Shown here: piece by piece, positions 1 through 9,062 of the stretch | How the letters are laid out: the number at the start of each line of letters is the position of its first letter | Numbering within the stretch: position 1 is the stretch's first letter | Assembly: GCA_013166775.1 (NCBI GenBank) | Contig: JABLTJ010000013.1 | Location: 4,071-68,070 of the forward strand | Reading direction: 5' to 3' | DNA: 64,000 bases | Source: Promethearchaeati archaeon | GTDB lineage: Archaea > Asgardarchaeota > Heimdallarchaeia > Heimdallarchaeales > Heimdallarchaeaceae | Made by a program: the position numbers and the translations under genes | Notes under the pieces: generated by a model | Database searches by the model: none | Seen by the model: only the letters and a program-made list of their open reading frames with translations | Told to the model about the DNA's origin: nothing

Positions 1-13
1 TGAAGTAATTGGA

Positions 14-406
14 ATGTTTAGACCTGAGATAATTATTAGTGAAATTAATGGTTATGAGGGATTGAGATGTATAAAAGCTAAAGGATGGAATGAGAGATGG
101 TCTGTAGAAAAGAATGGAATCTCTCTTTTTGAATTCTATTCTAGTGGAGGAATTTGTAGTGGAGAGTATATTATTAAATTGGGCTCAAAGATTTACAGAG
201 CTCCTAGATCTATGAGTTCATTTTACGAATTCCATGATGATATTGGTAAAATCGTTTTTTCATTTAACAGAAGAACTTTCAGCGGAAACTGCATTGTAGA
301 GGTTAGAGAGGATTTTGAACCGATGGTTGCTATAAGTACTGCATTTATTCTAAACTTCATTTTTGAACAACAAGTAACTGCAGCAGGTGTAGTAGCAGCA
401 ACTTAA
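14..406 (+). CDS. Hypothetical protein, possibly LURP-one-related/DUF567-like. The frame is open to the window edge, so the true start may lie upstream.
   Basis: 130-aa ORF. Its tail IVEVREDFEPMVAISTAFILNFIF parallels YKVEVYPPLEPVLALAAALAIDSKF of the DUF567-like ORF at 2326..2826. There is no in-frame stop between position 2 and the ATG at 14. Confidence 0.4.
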   Translation: MFRPEIIISEINGYEGLRCIKAKGWNERWSVEKNGISLFEFYSSGGICSGEYIIKLGSKIYRAPRSMSSFYEFHDDIGKIVFSFNRRTFSGNCIVEVREDFEPMVAISTAFILNFIFEQQVTAAGVVAAT

Positions 407-598
407 ACAAAAACCAAAATCCTGAAATTTAGTTTTTCACTTTTTACTAGCGAAAATAGTAGTAATAATATTAAATAATAATCCAGAAAAGACAAACTTA
501 TTCAACCTAGATTTAGAATAAACTATTTCATACGTCTAGTGAAAAGAATATTATTAAAAATACTTAAACTTTGGTTAAAAAAATAAGAAGAAGAAAAA

Positions 599-1432
599 TT
601 ATTGTTTTTCGTGTGCTTTATCAAAGAAATGAGCTTTATGCAAGATTTTTCCTTCTTTATTGTGAGGTGTTCTTACAAGATGATTTACAGCTTTCTCCAA
701 TTCTCTAACTTCATCTGCAAGAAAACTTGCTTGTCTAACCATCTCATGGGCTGCTGCTACTTTAATAAGCTGTCTATCTTTATCTTTCTCTACGAAGCAC
801 CCATTCACATTAAGCTTTCCTGCTTCATTAAGAATGTTTAAAGCTGCCATAGCTTTAGGTCTTGAATATTCGTTAGTAAATGGATAGCTGGTAACTATTC
901 CAATAGAAGAAAGATAATTGTTTGGTAATTCAGGCTTGGATCCTGTTTTGAGTTGACCAATAACATCATCAAATAGTTTGGTAATATAAGCGAAAACTCC
1001 TGTTGCACTGAAAGCAGTAATTATGTAACCATTGAATAGACACATCTCTGTGGGATCGAGGAAGTCTAGTTTTGCTCCAATCATTGGATCAAAAGGTGCA
1101 ATTATATAGCCTACACCTTCTTCCTTCCACTTTGCACGCATCTCTTTATCTGCTGCATCAGAAACTACAATTACTGGATATTTTTCCTTGTATTTGTCAA
1201 TTACAGATTGTGGACCTTTATCATTAGCATTTGGTGAAATCATAACTAGTAAATCAGTTTCAACCTGATCAATGAGTGGGAACAGTCTTTCAGCTGCTTC
1301 GGGTTTCATTTTTGTTGAAGAGCTGATAACAGTTGCATCGATGTCTGTTCTACTCGCTCTTTCATCTAACATTATGTCTACAAGTGTTGTTAACGTAATA
1401 TTACCGATTTTTACAAATGTAATCTTAACCAT
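599..1432 (-). CDS. mtd: F420-dependent methylenetetrahydromethanopterin dehydrogenase (Mtd)
   Basis: The blocks MVKITFVKIGNI, LDERA, GYIIAPFDPMIGAKLDFLDPTEM, AMAALNI, GCFVEKDK, AAAHEMVRQA, ADEVRELEK and RTPH match the conserved blocks I recall from Methanopyrus/Methanococcus Mtd. The length (~277 aa) is typical. By homology I prefer the ATG at 1432 to the track's TTG at 1441. Confidence 0.85.
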   Translation of the reverse strand: MVKITFVKIGNITLTTLVDIMLDERASRTDIDATVISSSTKMKPEAAERLFPLIDQVETDLLVMISPNANDKGPQSVIDKYKEKYPVIVVSDAADKEMRAKWKEEGVGYIIAPFDPMIGAKLDFLDPTEMCLFNGYIITAFSATGVFAYITKLFDDVIGQLKTGSKPELPNNYLSSIGIVTSYPFTNEYSRPKAMAALNILNEAGKLNVNGCFVEKDKDRQLIKVAAAHEMVRQASFLADEVRELEKAVNHLVRTPHNKEGKILHKAHFFDKAHEKQ

Positions 1433-1514
1433 ATTAATCAAACTGATTTATTTTCTCCCCTTTATTAATTTCATTGTATAAACAGAAAATAAAGTTTTGC
1501 TCTTTCGAATTTAA

Positions 1515-2279
1515 ATGAATAGTAATATTTTAGAATACAAGTATACAATACAATACAGAATGAAGAGAGATTTATTGCTTATTGGGACAATTTCCGTAAT
1601 AATAATTGCATTCACTCTTTCTTTACTTAATATCTATGTTTTCCCAAATATTTTCTATCAAACTGATATATATAGGAACACAAGTAGTCAGAATCAGCTA
1701 GAAATGTTATATGTTGCAGAGAACCTAGATCTCAATGCAACTCTCTTTGAAATCTTTAATCAAACAATTTTCATAGGAGAATTTCCACAACGCAAGATTG
1801 TTAACATTACTGTAATGATAGAGAATATGGCAGCAAAAATCTCCGCAGCTTTTGATTCAGATGGTACTCTTTCCCCTAGAAGAATGAGGTTGGAATATAA
1901 TGGTACAATTGTGGGTGCATTCAATGAATCAACTAAATATGAAGATTGGATCGAAAACGTTTTCGATGATGGAAATCTAGGCACCTACTTTGCTTTCCAT
2001 AACTCCTCTGACGAATATGAAGTTTTTACAGCCTTTTCATCAATGGGAGTTCCTAACTATAATCTAAGTAGTGTGATCGGAAATTTAACTGAAATTTTCG
2101 AAAATCCAAATAGGAGACCAGATTTCGTTATCTATCAGACTGTATATTATTTTGAAAGCAGAGGATTCTTGAATGAATATTCAATAGAATTTGAAAGAAT
2201 AATTTTCATTAACAGTTTTGGAGATATTAAACTATTTTTATCAAATGAAGGTCAATGGGAAGAACCTCTTCTCTTCTAA
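1515..2279 (+). CDS. Hypothetical signal-anchored or secreted protein
   Basis: 254-aa ORF with one N-terminal hydrophobic helix (LLLIGTISVIIIAFTLSLLNIYVF). It has multiple N-x-S/T sequons and no recognisable catalytic motif. Confidence 0.5.
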   Translation: MNSNILEYKYTIQYRMKRDLLLIGTISVIIIAFTLSLLNIYVFPNIFYQTDIYRNTSSQNQLEMLYVAENLDLNATLFEIFNQTIFIGEFPQRKIVNITVMIENMAAKISAAFDSDGTLSPRRMRLEYNGTIVGAFNESTKYEDWIENVFDDGNLGTYFAFHNSSDEYEVFTAFSSMGVPNYNLSSVIGNLTEIFENPNRRPDFVIYQTVYYFESRGFLNEYSIEFERIIFINSFGDIKLFLSNEGQWEEPLLF

Positions 2280-2325
2280 TTTCCTTTTTCATAATCTTTA
2301 AATCTTCTAAAACGCTTTTTATGAC

Positions 2326-2826
2326 ATGGCAGCACAGCAACCATATGGTTTTCAAGTAAAACAAAGAATCCTTGCATTTAGAGCTACTTACGATATTATT
2401 GATGAAGCTACAGGACAACAAGTTTTTGTAGCAAAACGAAAAATCATGACTCTTACTCCAACTCTATGGATAGAAAATATGCAAGGTCAAGAAGTAGCTA
2501 GAGTAAAAGGAAATTTTCTGATTGGAACAAATTGGAAAATTTCTCAAGGAGCTAATCTAGTTGGTTCAATAAAATTCCCACTAATAAGGTTATGTGGAAT
2601 TAAATTTGACGTAGAATTAGCAGGAAACAATTATACAGCTTCAGATATTCTTGGATGGTCTTTTACAGCTAGAGATTACAGTGGGAATGTAGGTTTTATG
2701 TTAGATAAAAAAGTTTTCAGAATCAAAGATACCTACAAAGTCGAAGTTTATCCTCCCCTTGAGCCTGTTTTAGCACTTGCAGCAGCATTAGCAATTGATT
2801 CTAAATTCTATCAAGGTAATAGATAG
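2326..2826 (+). CDS. LURP-one-related (LOR/DUF567) protein, Tubby C-terminal-like fold
   Basis: 166 aa. The pattern Y.FQVKQRILAFRATYDIIDE.G..VF.AKRKIMTLTPT..IEN..G.E.A.VKG, followed by a C-terminal hydrophobic helix (LALAAALAIDSKF), is the layout I recall for DUF567/LOR proteins. Confidence 0.7.
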   Translation: MAAQQPYGFQVKQRILAFRATYDIIDEATGQQVFVAKRKIMTLTPTLWIENMQGQEVARVKGNFLIGTNWKISQGANLVGSIKFPLIRLCGIKFDVELAGNNYTASDILGWSFTARDYSGNVGFMLDKKVFRIKDTYKVEVYPPLEPVLALAAALAIDSKFYQGNR

Positions 2827-2893
2827 AATTTATTCTTTTTCTTTTCTTTTTTTGTTGAAAGGCTTTTAAAGAACAAGTTAACTCATCTATTTA

Positions 2894-3766
2894 ATGAGGT
2901 CTGAAATTAGGAAATTAATGGACAAACTTTCTGTTTCCAAATTTGAAAAGAAAGCTAAAGAACTCAGGTTAAGCATGTCTGATGGAGCATCATTACGAGT
3001 ATTAAGGAGTACTCCACCAAAGGATAAATTTAATGGATATTCTATAGTTTTAATGGTTGGTTGGGGAACAATTGTTCCATCATGGGACTCACTCTTGATG
3101 GAAGCCATCAAGGACTTTGATTTGATATATTTTGAATCAAGAGAAAAAGCTTCTAGTAATTTACCAAAGTCTTCAGAAGCTGGTATGGAGAGAATGGCTA
3201 AGGATATTCAGGAAATTGTAGAACAATTAGAACTAGATGAAAAGAAACTCATTCTTTTTGGTTCATGTTTTGGTGCTACTACTATCTGTTATGGAATGTT
3301 TAAAAACATGTATAATCCCTTTATGCCTGTTCTGATTGCACCTCCAGCTCGCTTTGAAGTTCCTCCAGTTTTGAGGCAACTAATCCCTTTTTCACCAACC
3401 TTTCTTTGGAAACCTTTCCAACCGATTGTAAGATGGTGGATTATTAGATTCAAAACTGAAGATGAAGTTCAAGCAGCGAAATATCTCCGTACTTTAGAAG
3501 AAGCAGATGCTAAAAAATGGAAGAGATTAGGTTTAAGATTAGCTTATAAAAGATATTGGAAAATCTTCCCCGAAATTAAGAATCATTCCCTTCTTATAGC
3601 TGCTGAAGCGGATAAGATGCATGATGCTAAAGTTACTAGAAAAATCAATGTTCTGATGGAAAACTCTATTTATGTTAATATGGGATCAAATAAAGACACT
3701 CATGCACCAGATATGGTTGACAAAATTAGAGAATATATTCCAATTTTCAAGGGAAAGAATTATTGA
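2894..3766 (+). CDS. Alpha/beta-hydrolase-fold protein, dienelactone-hydrolase-like, with Cys at the nucleophile elbow
   Basis: 290 aa. The strand-turn-helix LILFGSCFGATT reads G-S-C-F-G, placing Cys (codon 3266..3268) where the Ser nucleophile normally sits. An acidic residue and a His lie late in the sequence (AEADKMHD, DTHAPD). Confidence 0.6.
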   Translation: MRSEIRKLMDKLSVSKFEKKAKELRLSMSDGASLRVLRSTPPKDKFNGYSIVLMVGWGTIVPSWDSLLMEAIKDFDLIYFESREKASSNLPKSSEAGMERMAKDIQEIVEQLELDEKKLILFGSCFGATTICYGMFKNMYNPFMPVLIAPPARFEVPPVLRQLIPFSPTFLWKPFQPIVRWWIIRFKTEDEVQAAKYLRTLEEADAKKWKRLGLRLAYKRYWKIFPEIKNHSLLIAAEADKMHDAKVTRKINVLMENSIYVNMGSNKDTHAPDMVDKIREYIPIFKGKNY

Positions 3767-3805
3767 AGCATTAACATTTAAAAGTCTCCTATTTTACTTT
3801 TTCTT

Positions 3806-4855
3806 GTGAAAATTAAGGCATTAGGTTTAGAAGAGATAAGATCTGTTGATTGGAATGTTGAAAAGGAATGTATTCAACTAATCGATCAACGTTTAATTCC
3901 GTTTGACTTCAAAATAAACGATTATAATACTACTATAGATGTATGCAAAGCTATCCAAACAATGGTTGTGAGAGGAGCTCCTGCAATTGGTGCTACAGCG
4001 GCTTATGGAATTGTTGTTGCTTTAAAAGAAGTTGAAAACTATGAGGTTTCTGATAAAAAATCCAAACTAGATGAGAAATTAAAACAATTATTGGCTACCA
4101 GACCTACAGCTGTTGATTTAGTTAATTTTGCTTTAGAAACCTATCAAACAGCAATTAAAACAAATTTCTCGATAGAAGAAACTCTACTCAAAGCAGAATT
4201 ATTAGCTAATGAGATGGTTAAAGATTGTACTCAAATTGGAATCTATGGGGAGGAACTAATTAATGATGGAGATACAGTTCTTACACATTGCAATGCTGGA
4301 CCAATGGCAACTATTGATAAAGGAACAGCTCTTGCACCTATTTTTAGAGCGAATGAAAAAGGAAAAAATGTTAAAGTATTAGTTGATGAAACAAGACCAA
4401 GGTTGCAAGGAGCTAAGATTACTGCATGGGAACTTGAACAAGAAGGAATTGACCACTACATTATATCTGATTCGGCAGCATCTTTTCTAATGTCCAAAAG
4501 GCAAGTGGATAAGGTTATTTTAGGTGCAGATAGATGTTTAAAAGATGGAACAGTTTCTAACAAGATTGGTACTCTTTCTCTAGCAGTCAATGCCAAATAT
4601 TTTGGGATACCATTCTATTCAGCTTTTCCCTGGACAACTTTGGATAAAGAATCAAAATCAATGGAAGAATTCGAAATAGAGTACAGAAACGAGGATGAAA
4701 TAAAATATATCACAAGTGCTAAAGAGAAAATTCTAGTAGCAAATCTAAATTCCAAAGCCCTTAATCCTGCATTTGATATCACTCCAGCAGAGCTAATAAC
4801 AGGTTATATTACTCCAGATGGAATCTTAAGTAAAGAAGATTTAATGAAAAAATAA
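3806..4855 (+). CDS. mtnA: Methylthioribose-1-phosphate isomerase (MtnA, eIF-2B alpha/beta/delta-like family)
   Basis: GTG start. Motifs present are LIDQRLIP, VRGAPAIGATAAYG, THCNAG, DETRPRLQGAKITAWEL, ILGADR...DGTVSNKIGT and NPAFDITP. The 349-aa length is typical of the MtnA type. Confidence 0.85.
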   Translation: MKIKALGLEEIRSVDWNVEKECIQLIDQRLIPFDFKINDYNTTIDVCKAIQTMVVRGAPAIGATAAYGIVVALKEVENYEVSDKKSKLDEKLKQLLATRPTAVDLVNFALETYQTAIKTNFSIEETLLKAELLANEMVKDCTQIGIYGEELINDGDTVLTHCNAGPMATIDKGTALAPIFRANEKGKNVKVLVDETRPRLQGAKITAWELEQEGIDHYIISDSAASFLMSKRQVDKVILGADRCLKDGTVSNKIGTLSLAVNAKYFGIPFYSAFPWTTLDKESKSMEEFEIEYRNEDEIKYITSAKEKILVANLNSKALNPAFDITPAELITGYITPDGILSKEDLMKK

Positions 4856-4878
4856 AAAAATGAAAGATAAATCTTCAT

Positions 4879-6732
4879 TTATCTTCGTTTTCTAATTGTA
4901 TAAGTTAATGCTAAAAGACTAATAATTCCAATAGCCACATAAAGAACTTGAGGAGCATCTAAAGTAATTGTATTACTAGGTTCTGTAGGTTCATTTGGAT
5001 CTGCAGGATTGACTTCTGCTTCTTCTACGATTACAGTGACATCAACTACTGCTATGTTTCCATATGAATCATATGCATAAATTTCAAAGAAATAAGCTCC
5101 TATATCTAATGAAGAGAGATTATAACTAACTTCTTTAGTTTCATTAAGGAAATATTCTTCATCTATAATGGTACCATTTAGATAAATCTCATAAAAACTA
5201 AGATTTTCATCAGATAAAAACCAATTGAGTTCTGCAGAATCTCCTTTTTTAATATGGATTGTTCCAATTAAACCATCTATTTCAGGAGCTACTGAATCTA
5301 AGGATCCATTTTCATATACATGAACAATTATCTCAAGATAAGTTGTATGTCCTGACATATCATTTGCGAATATTGATAATATATAATCTCCAGGAGCTGT
5401 GATATTACCATCAAATGTATAATAGATATACATATGGTCATAATTAAATCCATAATCTACAATCATTCCATCGAATTTCATCTCGAAGTAATTGGGATCA
5501 TTGTCAAGAAGCTTCCAAACATTAGTTACTACTGTTCCAATTTCATAATTGTATATTCCTGTTAATTCTACAATTACAGGCCATTCATGTCTTATATCGT
5601 TTAAAAACATATACCATGTAGAGTTATGATTGTAATTATTGTCATCATAAAGTACAAACTTCAGCTCATGTCCTTGATCATTCATCATAATACTCTTTAT
5701 ATCTAAATCATAAGAGTAATACCCATTAGTAAGACCAGAAAATCCATCAATGAAAACTTCGTTCAAGTAGATCTCTAATGTCATCGAAGATGAAGAATCT
5801 TCCAAATCAAAATAGATTGAAAGAAAATCACTTGGAATAATATCATAATTAAATCCATAGTCAATATCCAAACAGGGAATATCAGCATCTAAAACTGGTG
5901 TATAAGCAGCAGTGGATTCAAATAGTGTCCAATTCTCTGTCATTACATAGTAATCAGTAAAGTAATACTCAACATTCATACCTAAATCTGTGCTGTAATC
6001 AAAGAAATATGAGTTGAAGAAATCGTAATATAAGAAATAGTATTCAAGCAAAAATCCTGTAGTGGCATCTACATAATAAACAATTTCATACCCATAATCA
6101 TTATTTTCCAAATATGAAATGTTATAGTAATCATATGGAGTTTGGAGATTAGAATCTTGGTAATAAGTATATACATCTATAGAATGAAGTGAGGAGATAC
6201 CATTTACTGTATAAAATTTAGAAGTTGAATGACTATATGAAGTAAAATCGAAGTAGGTTGAGAAGTCAAAATTCAAAATACCATCATAAACATCTGCATA
6301 TGATAGATAACTGTCAGAACCTGTAGATAGTTGATTAAATGTAGAAGTAGTGTCAACTTCCCAATAGCTTCCTGGGTAGTTATAGGTATAGTTTCTGTGT
6401 ATGTCATTCCTATAGTTGTCATAATAAGACCAAGTGTATCTTCCATCAACATAAGTACTACTAGGAAGAGTTGTTCGAAAACTATGATATTCAGTAGCAT
6501 TCAGTTCATAATGATCAAAAGTTTTGTAAGATACATAATCTGGGAAAACTTCTGTTTCATACCAATATGATTCATCTATATCCCAATAAACAGTAAAATC
6601 AGATTTGTATAATAGCTGATCATCAACAATTAGACCTTGATAAGCATTAACTGATGTAGTGATTGTAAAAACACCGACAAATATAGATAATGTTATTATT
6701 ATGCATAATATGTAACCAAAACCCCTTTTCAA
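4879..6732 (-). CDS. Tyr/Asp/Asn-rich surface protein with two Ig-like modules and a C-terminal TM anchor
   Basis: 617 aa. A TTG start is preceded by GGTGA. An N-terminal hydrophobic signal (ILCIIITLSIFVGVF) is present. The C-terminus has a PNEPTEPS linker, a hydrophobic helix and RKRR. There are many N-x-S/T sequons. Confidence 0.7.
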   Translation of the reverse strand: MKRGFGYILCIIITLSIFVGVFTITTSVNAYQGLIVDDQLLYKSDFTVYWDIDESYWYETEVFPDYVSYKTFDHYELNATEYHSFRTTLPSSTYVDGRYTWSYYDNYRNDIHRNYTYNYPGSYWEVDTTSTFNQLSTGSDSYLSYADVYDGILNFDFSTYFDFTSYSHSTSKFYTVNGISSLHSIDVYTYYQDSNLQTPYDYYNISYLENNDYGYEIVYYVDATTGFLLEYYFLYYDFFNSYFFDYSTDLGMNVEYYFTDYYVMTENWTLFESTAAYTPVLDADIPCLDIDYGFNYDIIPSDFLSIYFDLEDSSSSMTLEIYLNEVFIDGFSGLTNGYYSYDLDIKSIMMNDQGHELKFVLYDDNNYNHNSTWYMFLNDIRHEWPVIVELTGIYNYEIGTVVTNVWKLLDNDPNYFEMKFDGMIVDYGFNYDHMYIYYTFDGNITAPGDYILSIFANDMSGHTTYLEIIVHVYENGSLDSVAPEIDGLIGTIHIKKGDSAELNWFLSDENLSFYEIYLNGTIIDEEYFLNETKEVSYNLSSLDIGAYFFEIYAYDSYGNIAVVDVTVIVEEAEVNPADPNEPTEPSNTITLDAPQVLYVAIGIISLLALTYTIRKRR

Positions 6733-6891
6733 AGGTGTTTCACCCCATTGAATCTACTCATTTTATCTATTTAAAACAACTGGTAGATTAGTCCGCAATT
6801 TCATCAAAATCATTCTCTAATTTACACTAACAAAAGACAAGCGTAATATTGATTTTAGTAAAAAAAGATTAAAAGGTAGAGAATAAGTATT

Positions 6892-7848
6892 CTATTTTTT
6901 CTTTCTAAGGAATACGATTGTTATCCCAATAGCAACTAAGCTAATAATTGCGCCAAAGAATGGAAATGGTATTGAACTAGCTTTAATTTCGATTTCATAA
7001 GGTGATAACTCAAATTGAGAATCAGAACTTGTATCTTTTTCTATCGATCTTATTAATAAACCGGTTTTAGATTCATAATACACTTCAATCTCGTCAACGT
7101 CATCCATTAAGAAAGCAAAGGTATTATCATATCTTACATGGAGAATATCATAGCTATTACCATTTGTTAACAGACTTCCTTCAGCTTCAACTAGACCATT
7201 AGTTGGTACGTATCGAATTGTATCTCCTACATTTGCATCTGGATTGATTGCAAAAGGAGTATATTTATGGTAATCTAAAAGATCATCATTGAAATATATA
7301 AAAAACAGAAGGTAGTACAGAACATCAATATATATTGGACTTAAAGAATCCACATCTCCAAAAATATATGATGAGCCATCAATTGTTATTTTTGTATTAT
7401 TCTGTTCCATCATTTCTCCTATAGTATCAAGGTAAATTACTGAAATCTCTAATGAAAAGGAAGCATTACTTGCAAGGATTCTTGCAGCAGGCAGAAATGT
7501 AGTTCTGTTATGTTCAAAAATCAAACTTGTGTAGGAAAATGTAGTTATATCCTCCAGTCCTAGAGGATTTTCTTGACCAGTAGCAACTTCCATTGTTGTA
7601 GTTATCTGAACAAAAGTGAATGTAGTTCCAACATCATCAAAGATTTTATCTATATTAATGGTTATATCTGCTAATTCAAGATCAAAGACTGAAGTATTTG
7701 AATAGAGATATTTTCCTTTAACATAACTATCGGCTTTTAAAGAGAGTTGATTAGATACCACAACTGCTTGAGAAAAAGCGGAGAAATTCATTGAAGCTAT
7801 GAGTAGACCTAGTATGAAAACTGTAGAAATTTTTACTCTTTTATTCAT
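6892..7848 (-). CDS. Surface protein with signal peptide and C-terminal TM anchor; paralogue of 7925..8914
   Basis: 318 aa. Shared blocks with the neighbour include TTxLPAAR(I/L), NNTKIT..GSSYI(F/W)GD, PxANVGD.I.Y, YD(I/T)(L/I)HV(R/K)Y and YYE(S/A)(K/S)TGLLIR(S/M)IEKD. It ends with a TM helix plus LRKKK. Confidence 0.7.
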   Translation of the reverse strand: MNKRVKISTVFILGLLIASMNFSAFSQAVVVSNQLSLKADSYVKGKYLYSNTSVFDLELADITINIDKIFDDVGTTFTFVQITTTMEVATGQENPLGLEDITTFSYTSLIFEHNRTTFLPAARILASNASFSLEISVIYLDTIGEMMEQNNTKITIDGSSYIFGDVDSLSPIYIDVLYYLLFFIYFNDDLLDYHKYTPFAINPDANVGDTIRYVPTNGLVEAEGSLLTNGNSYDILHVRYDNTFAFLMDDVDEIEVYYESKTGLLIRSIEKDTSSDSQFELSPYEIEIKASSIPFPFFGAIISLVAIGITIVFLRKKK

Positions 7849-7924
7849 GGTGAAATATTATTATTAGAATCAAATAAATTAATATTTTGTAAGTTCAAGA
7901 AAAATATAAAGAAAAAAAAGGAAT

Positions 7925-8914
7925 TTACTTCCTCTTTCTTATGTATAAAACAAGGATTCCTACAGTAACTAAGCTTACTATAATACCCAATGTTGAGTAA
8001 GGGGTGAAACCGATTCCTCCTATATTTACAGTTCCAGGAACGAATTCGTATTGTTCGATACCGTCTTTCTCTATCATTCGTATAAGTAAACCTGTACTCG
8101 CTTCATAATATGCATGTACTTCAGGAGCATCCCAGAAACTAAAAACAGAGTTATATTCATATTTCACATGAATAGTATCATATGAATCTCCATCAGATGT
8201 TGTTACTGCTGGTTTGTCGATAACTTCACCTAAATCTAGTGAATTCGCATCTGCATTATAGTAGTTAATGTTATCACCAACATTAGCAGTAGGAGAAATT
8301 CCTAAAAGAGTGTATGTCCAAAGTTCAGCGAGTCCAAAGTTTAGTAGCAAGTAGATAAACATTAGTCCTCCTAATTCGTCAGCTAATGAAACTGTATCTG
8401 CATAATCTCCCCAGATATACGATGATCCATTTGCAAATGTAATCTTTGTATTGTTAAAATTGAATAAATCGTCTGCTGTTGTATAATCTAAGAGAGATAT
8501 TTCATAATTATCAGTAGTGTTTCCAAAATACAATCTTGCAGCTGGTAGGATTGTGGTTCTATTATCTGCCAAAATTAACTGTGTCATTTCAAAATCATCT
8601 ATTTCACCCATATCTAAGGGATCAGTACCTGTTGCTGGAATTTCAAGTTCATATTTGATCTGAACAACATCTAAACTAACATCTGTTAGAGTGAAGATAT
8701 CTTCAACAATGAGAGAAGGATAGCTCATAAGTTCATCTGTAACTGAAGCATTTGTGTATAGGAGTTTTCCTTCGACTGAATTTCCAACTTTTAGCTCTAA
8801 TTTATCTGAAGTTACGATTGCTTTCGATAAGTCAGCAGCTATAATTGAAGATACTAAGAATCCCATAATAAAAATTCCTAAAAATACATTTTTTCTATTC
8901 ATAGTAAGTACCAA
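7925..8914 (-). CDS. Surface protein with signal peptide and C-terminal TM anchor; paralogue of 6892..7848
   Basis: 329 aa with the same block structure as 6892..7848. It ends with a TM helix plus IRKRK. Confidence 0.7.
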   Translation of the reverse strand: MVLTMNRKNVFLGIFIMGFLVSSIIAADLSKAIVTSDKLELKVGNSVEGKLLYTNASVTDELMSYPSLIVEDIFTLTDVSLDVVQIKYELEIPATGTDPLDMGEIDDFEMTQLILADNRTTILPAARLYFGNTTDNYEISLLDYTTADDLFNFNNTKITFANGSSYIWGDYADTVSLADELGGLMFIYLLLNFGLAELWTYTLLGISPTANVGDNINYYNADANSLDLGEVIDKPAVTTSDGDSYDTIHVKYEYNSVFSFWDAPEVHAYYEASTGLLIRMIEKDGIEQYEFVPGTVNIGGIGFTPYSTLGIIVSLVTVGILVLYIRKRK

Positions 8915-9062
8915 TATTGATTTTCCATTTTATGAATGTTTTCATATTCTTGTTATTCTGACTAAAATATCGTTGAGAATTCAATAAATAATTAGTGAAT
9001 ATGAAATAATATATATTATAGAGATAATGAAATTGAAAATAACAAATTATTTCATCTTGGAT

